A stretch of 63,150 nucleotides of DNA, filler included, from Octopus bimaculoides (taxonomy: Eukaryota): assembly GCF_001194135.2 (NCBI RefSeq). It is 7 parts of 7 records of this genome, joined end to end, with 100 filler letters (N's around TTAATTAATTAA, not from the genome) between each part and the next. Parts side by side here need not be neighbours in the genome. Positions count along the whole stretch, not along the records: positions 54,819 to 63,150 come from NC_068981.1; 6 more parts are not named here. One strand, 5' to 3'. Below, piece by piece: positions 62,822-63,150 of the stretch. Below the pieces are notes generated by a model, which worked only from the letters and a program-made list of their open reading frames with translations, did no database searches and was not told where the DNA came from. How positions within the stretch are numbered: position 1 is the first letter of the stretch; every line of letters begins with the position of its first letter. A program made the translations under genes and the position numbers.

Positions 62822-63055
62822 TTAAAAGCTATGGGAGACACCGGAGAGTAGCGGTTAGGATTTTGTATTCATGAACGTAAGATAGCGGTTTCGATTCCTG
62901 GACCGGACGACGGGTTGTGTCCTTGAGCAAGACACTTCATTTCACGTTGCTCCAGTTCACTCAGCTGGCAAGAATAAGTAGCCTTTCGTCCGTCCCAGGA
63001 AGAACATATGTGCCACTGAAACCGATAAACTGATCCTATGAGTCTACATGACCTG
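62822..63055 (+). mobile_element. SINE head H1 + tail T2-like (diverged)
   Basis: ggtttcgattcc...gtgtccttgagcaagacacttcatttcacgttgctccagttcactcagctgg, then cgtcccagg...gccactgaaacc...cctatgagtc. Confidence 0.7.
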
Positions 63056-63056
63056 G

Positions 63057-63112
63057 GTGGAGGCGCAATGGCTCACTGGTTAGAGTAGCGGACTCGCGGT
63101 CGTAGGATCGTG
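63057..63112 (+). mobile_element. SINE head H2, truncated
   Basis: gtggaggcgcaatggctcactggttagagtagcggactcgcggtcgtaggatcg matches the head of the 41286-41679 copy. Confidence 0.75.
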
Positions 63113-63150
63113 ATATATATAAATAGATTATATATAAATAGATTATATAT

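Overview
AT-rich, repeat-saturated animal genomic DNA from a gapped draft assembly. The tRNA-derived SINE families, extreme microsatellite density and retroelement mix look like Octopus, probably O. bimaculoides (inference, no search run). No host protein-coding gene can be supported, only a few weak candidate micro-exons, so the window is probably intergenic or inside a very long intron. It contains about 25 SINE copies built from shuffled head and tail modules; Penelope-like retroelement (PLE) pieces (two RT remnants, an intact GIY-YIG endonuclease ORF, and terminal repeats carrying minimal hammerhead-like motifs); four R4/Dong-type LINE fragments next to (TAA)n; CR1- and RTE-like LINE remnants; two Tc1 (DD34E-type) elements; mariner, hAT and piggyBac remnants; and MITEs, one containing telomeric repeats. 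The most notable unexplained structure is a cluster of fold-back (dsRNA-forming) sequences, including a near-perfect 41-bp hairpin and a 45-bp hairpin whose four mismatches all become G-U pairs on one strand. I found no convincing novel multi-gene system. All protein and repeat-family assignments are motif recognition by eye, and many boundaries are approximate.
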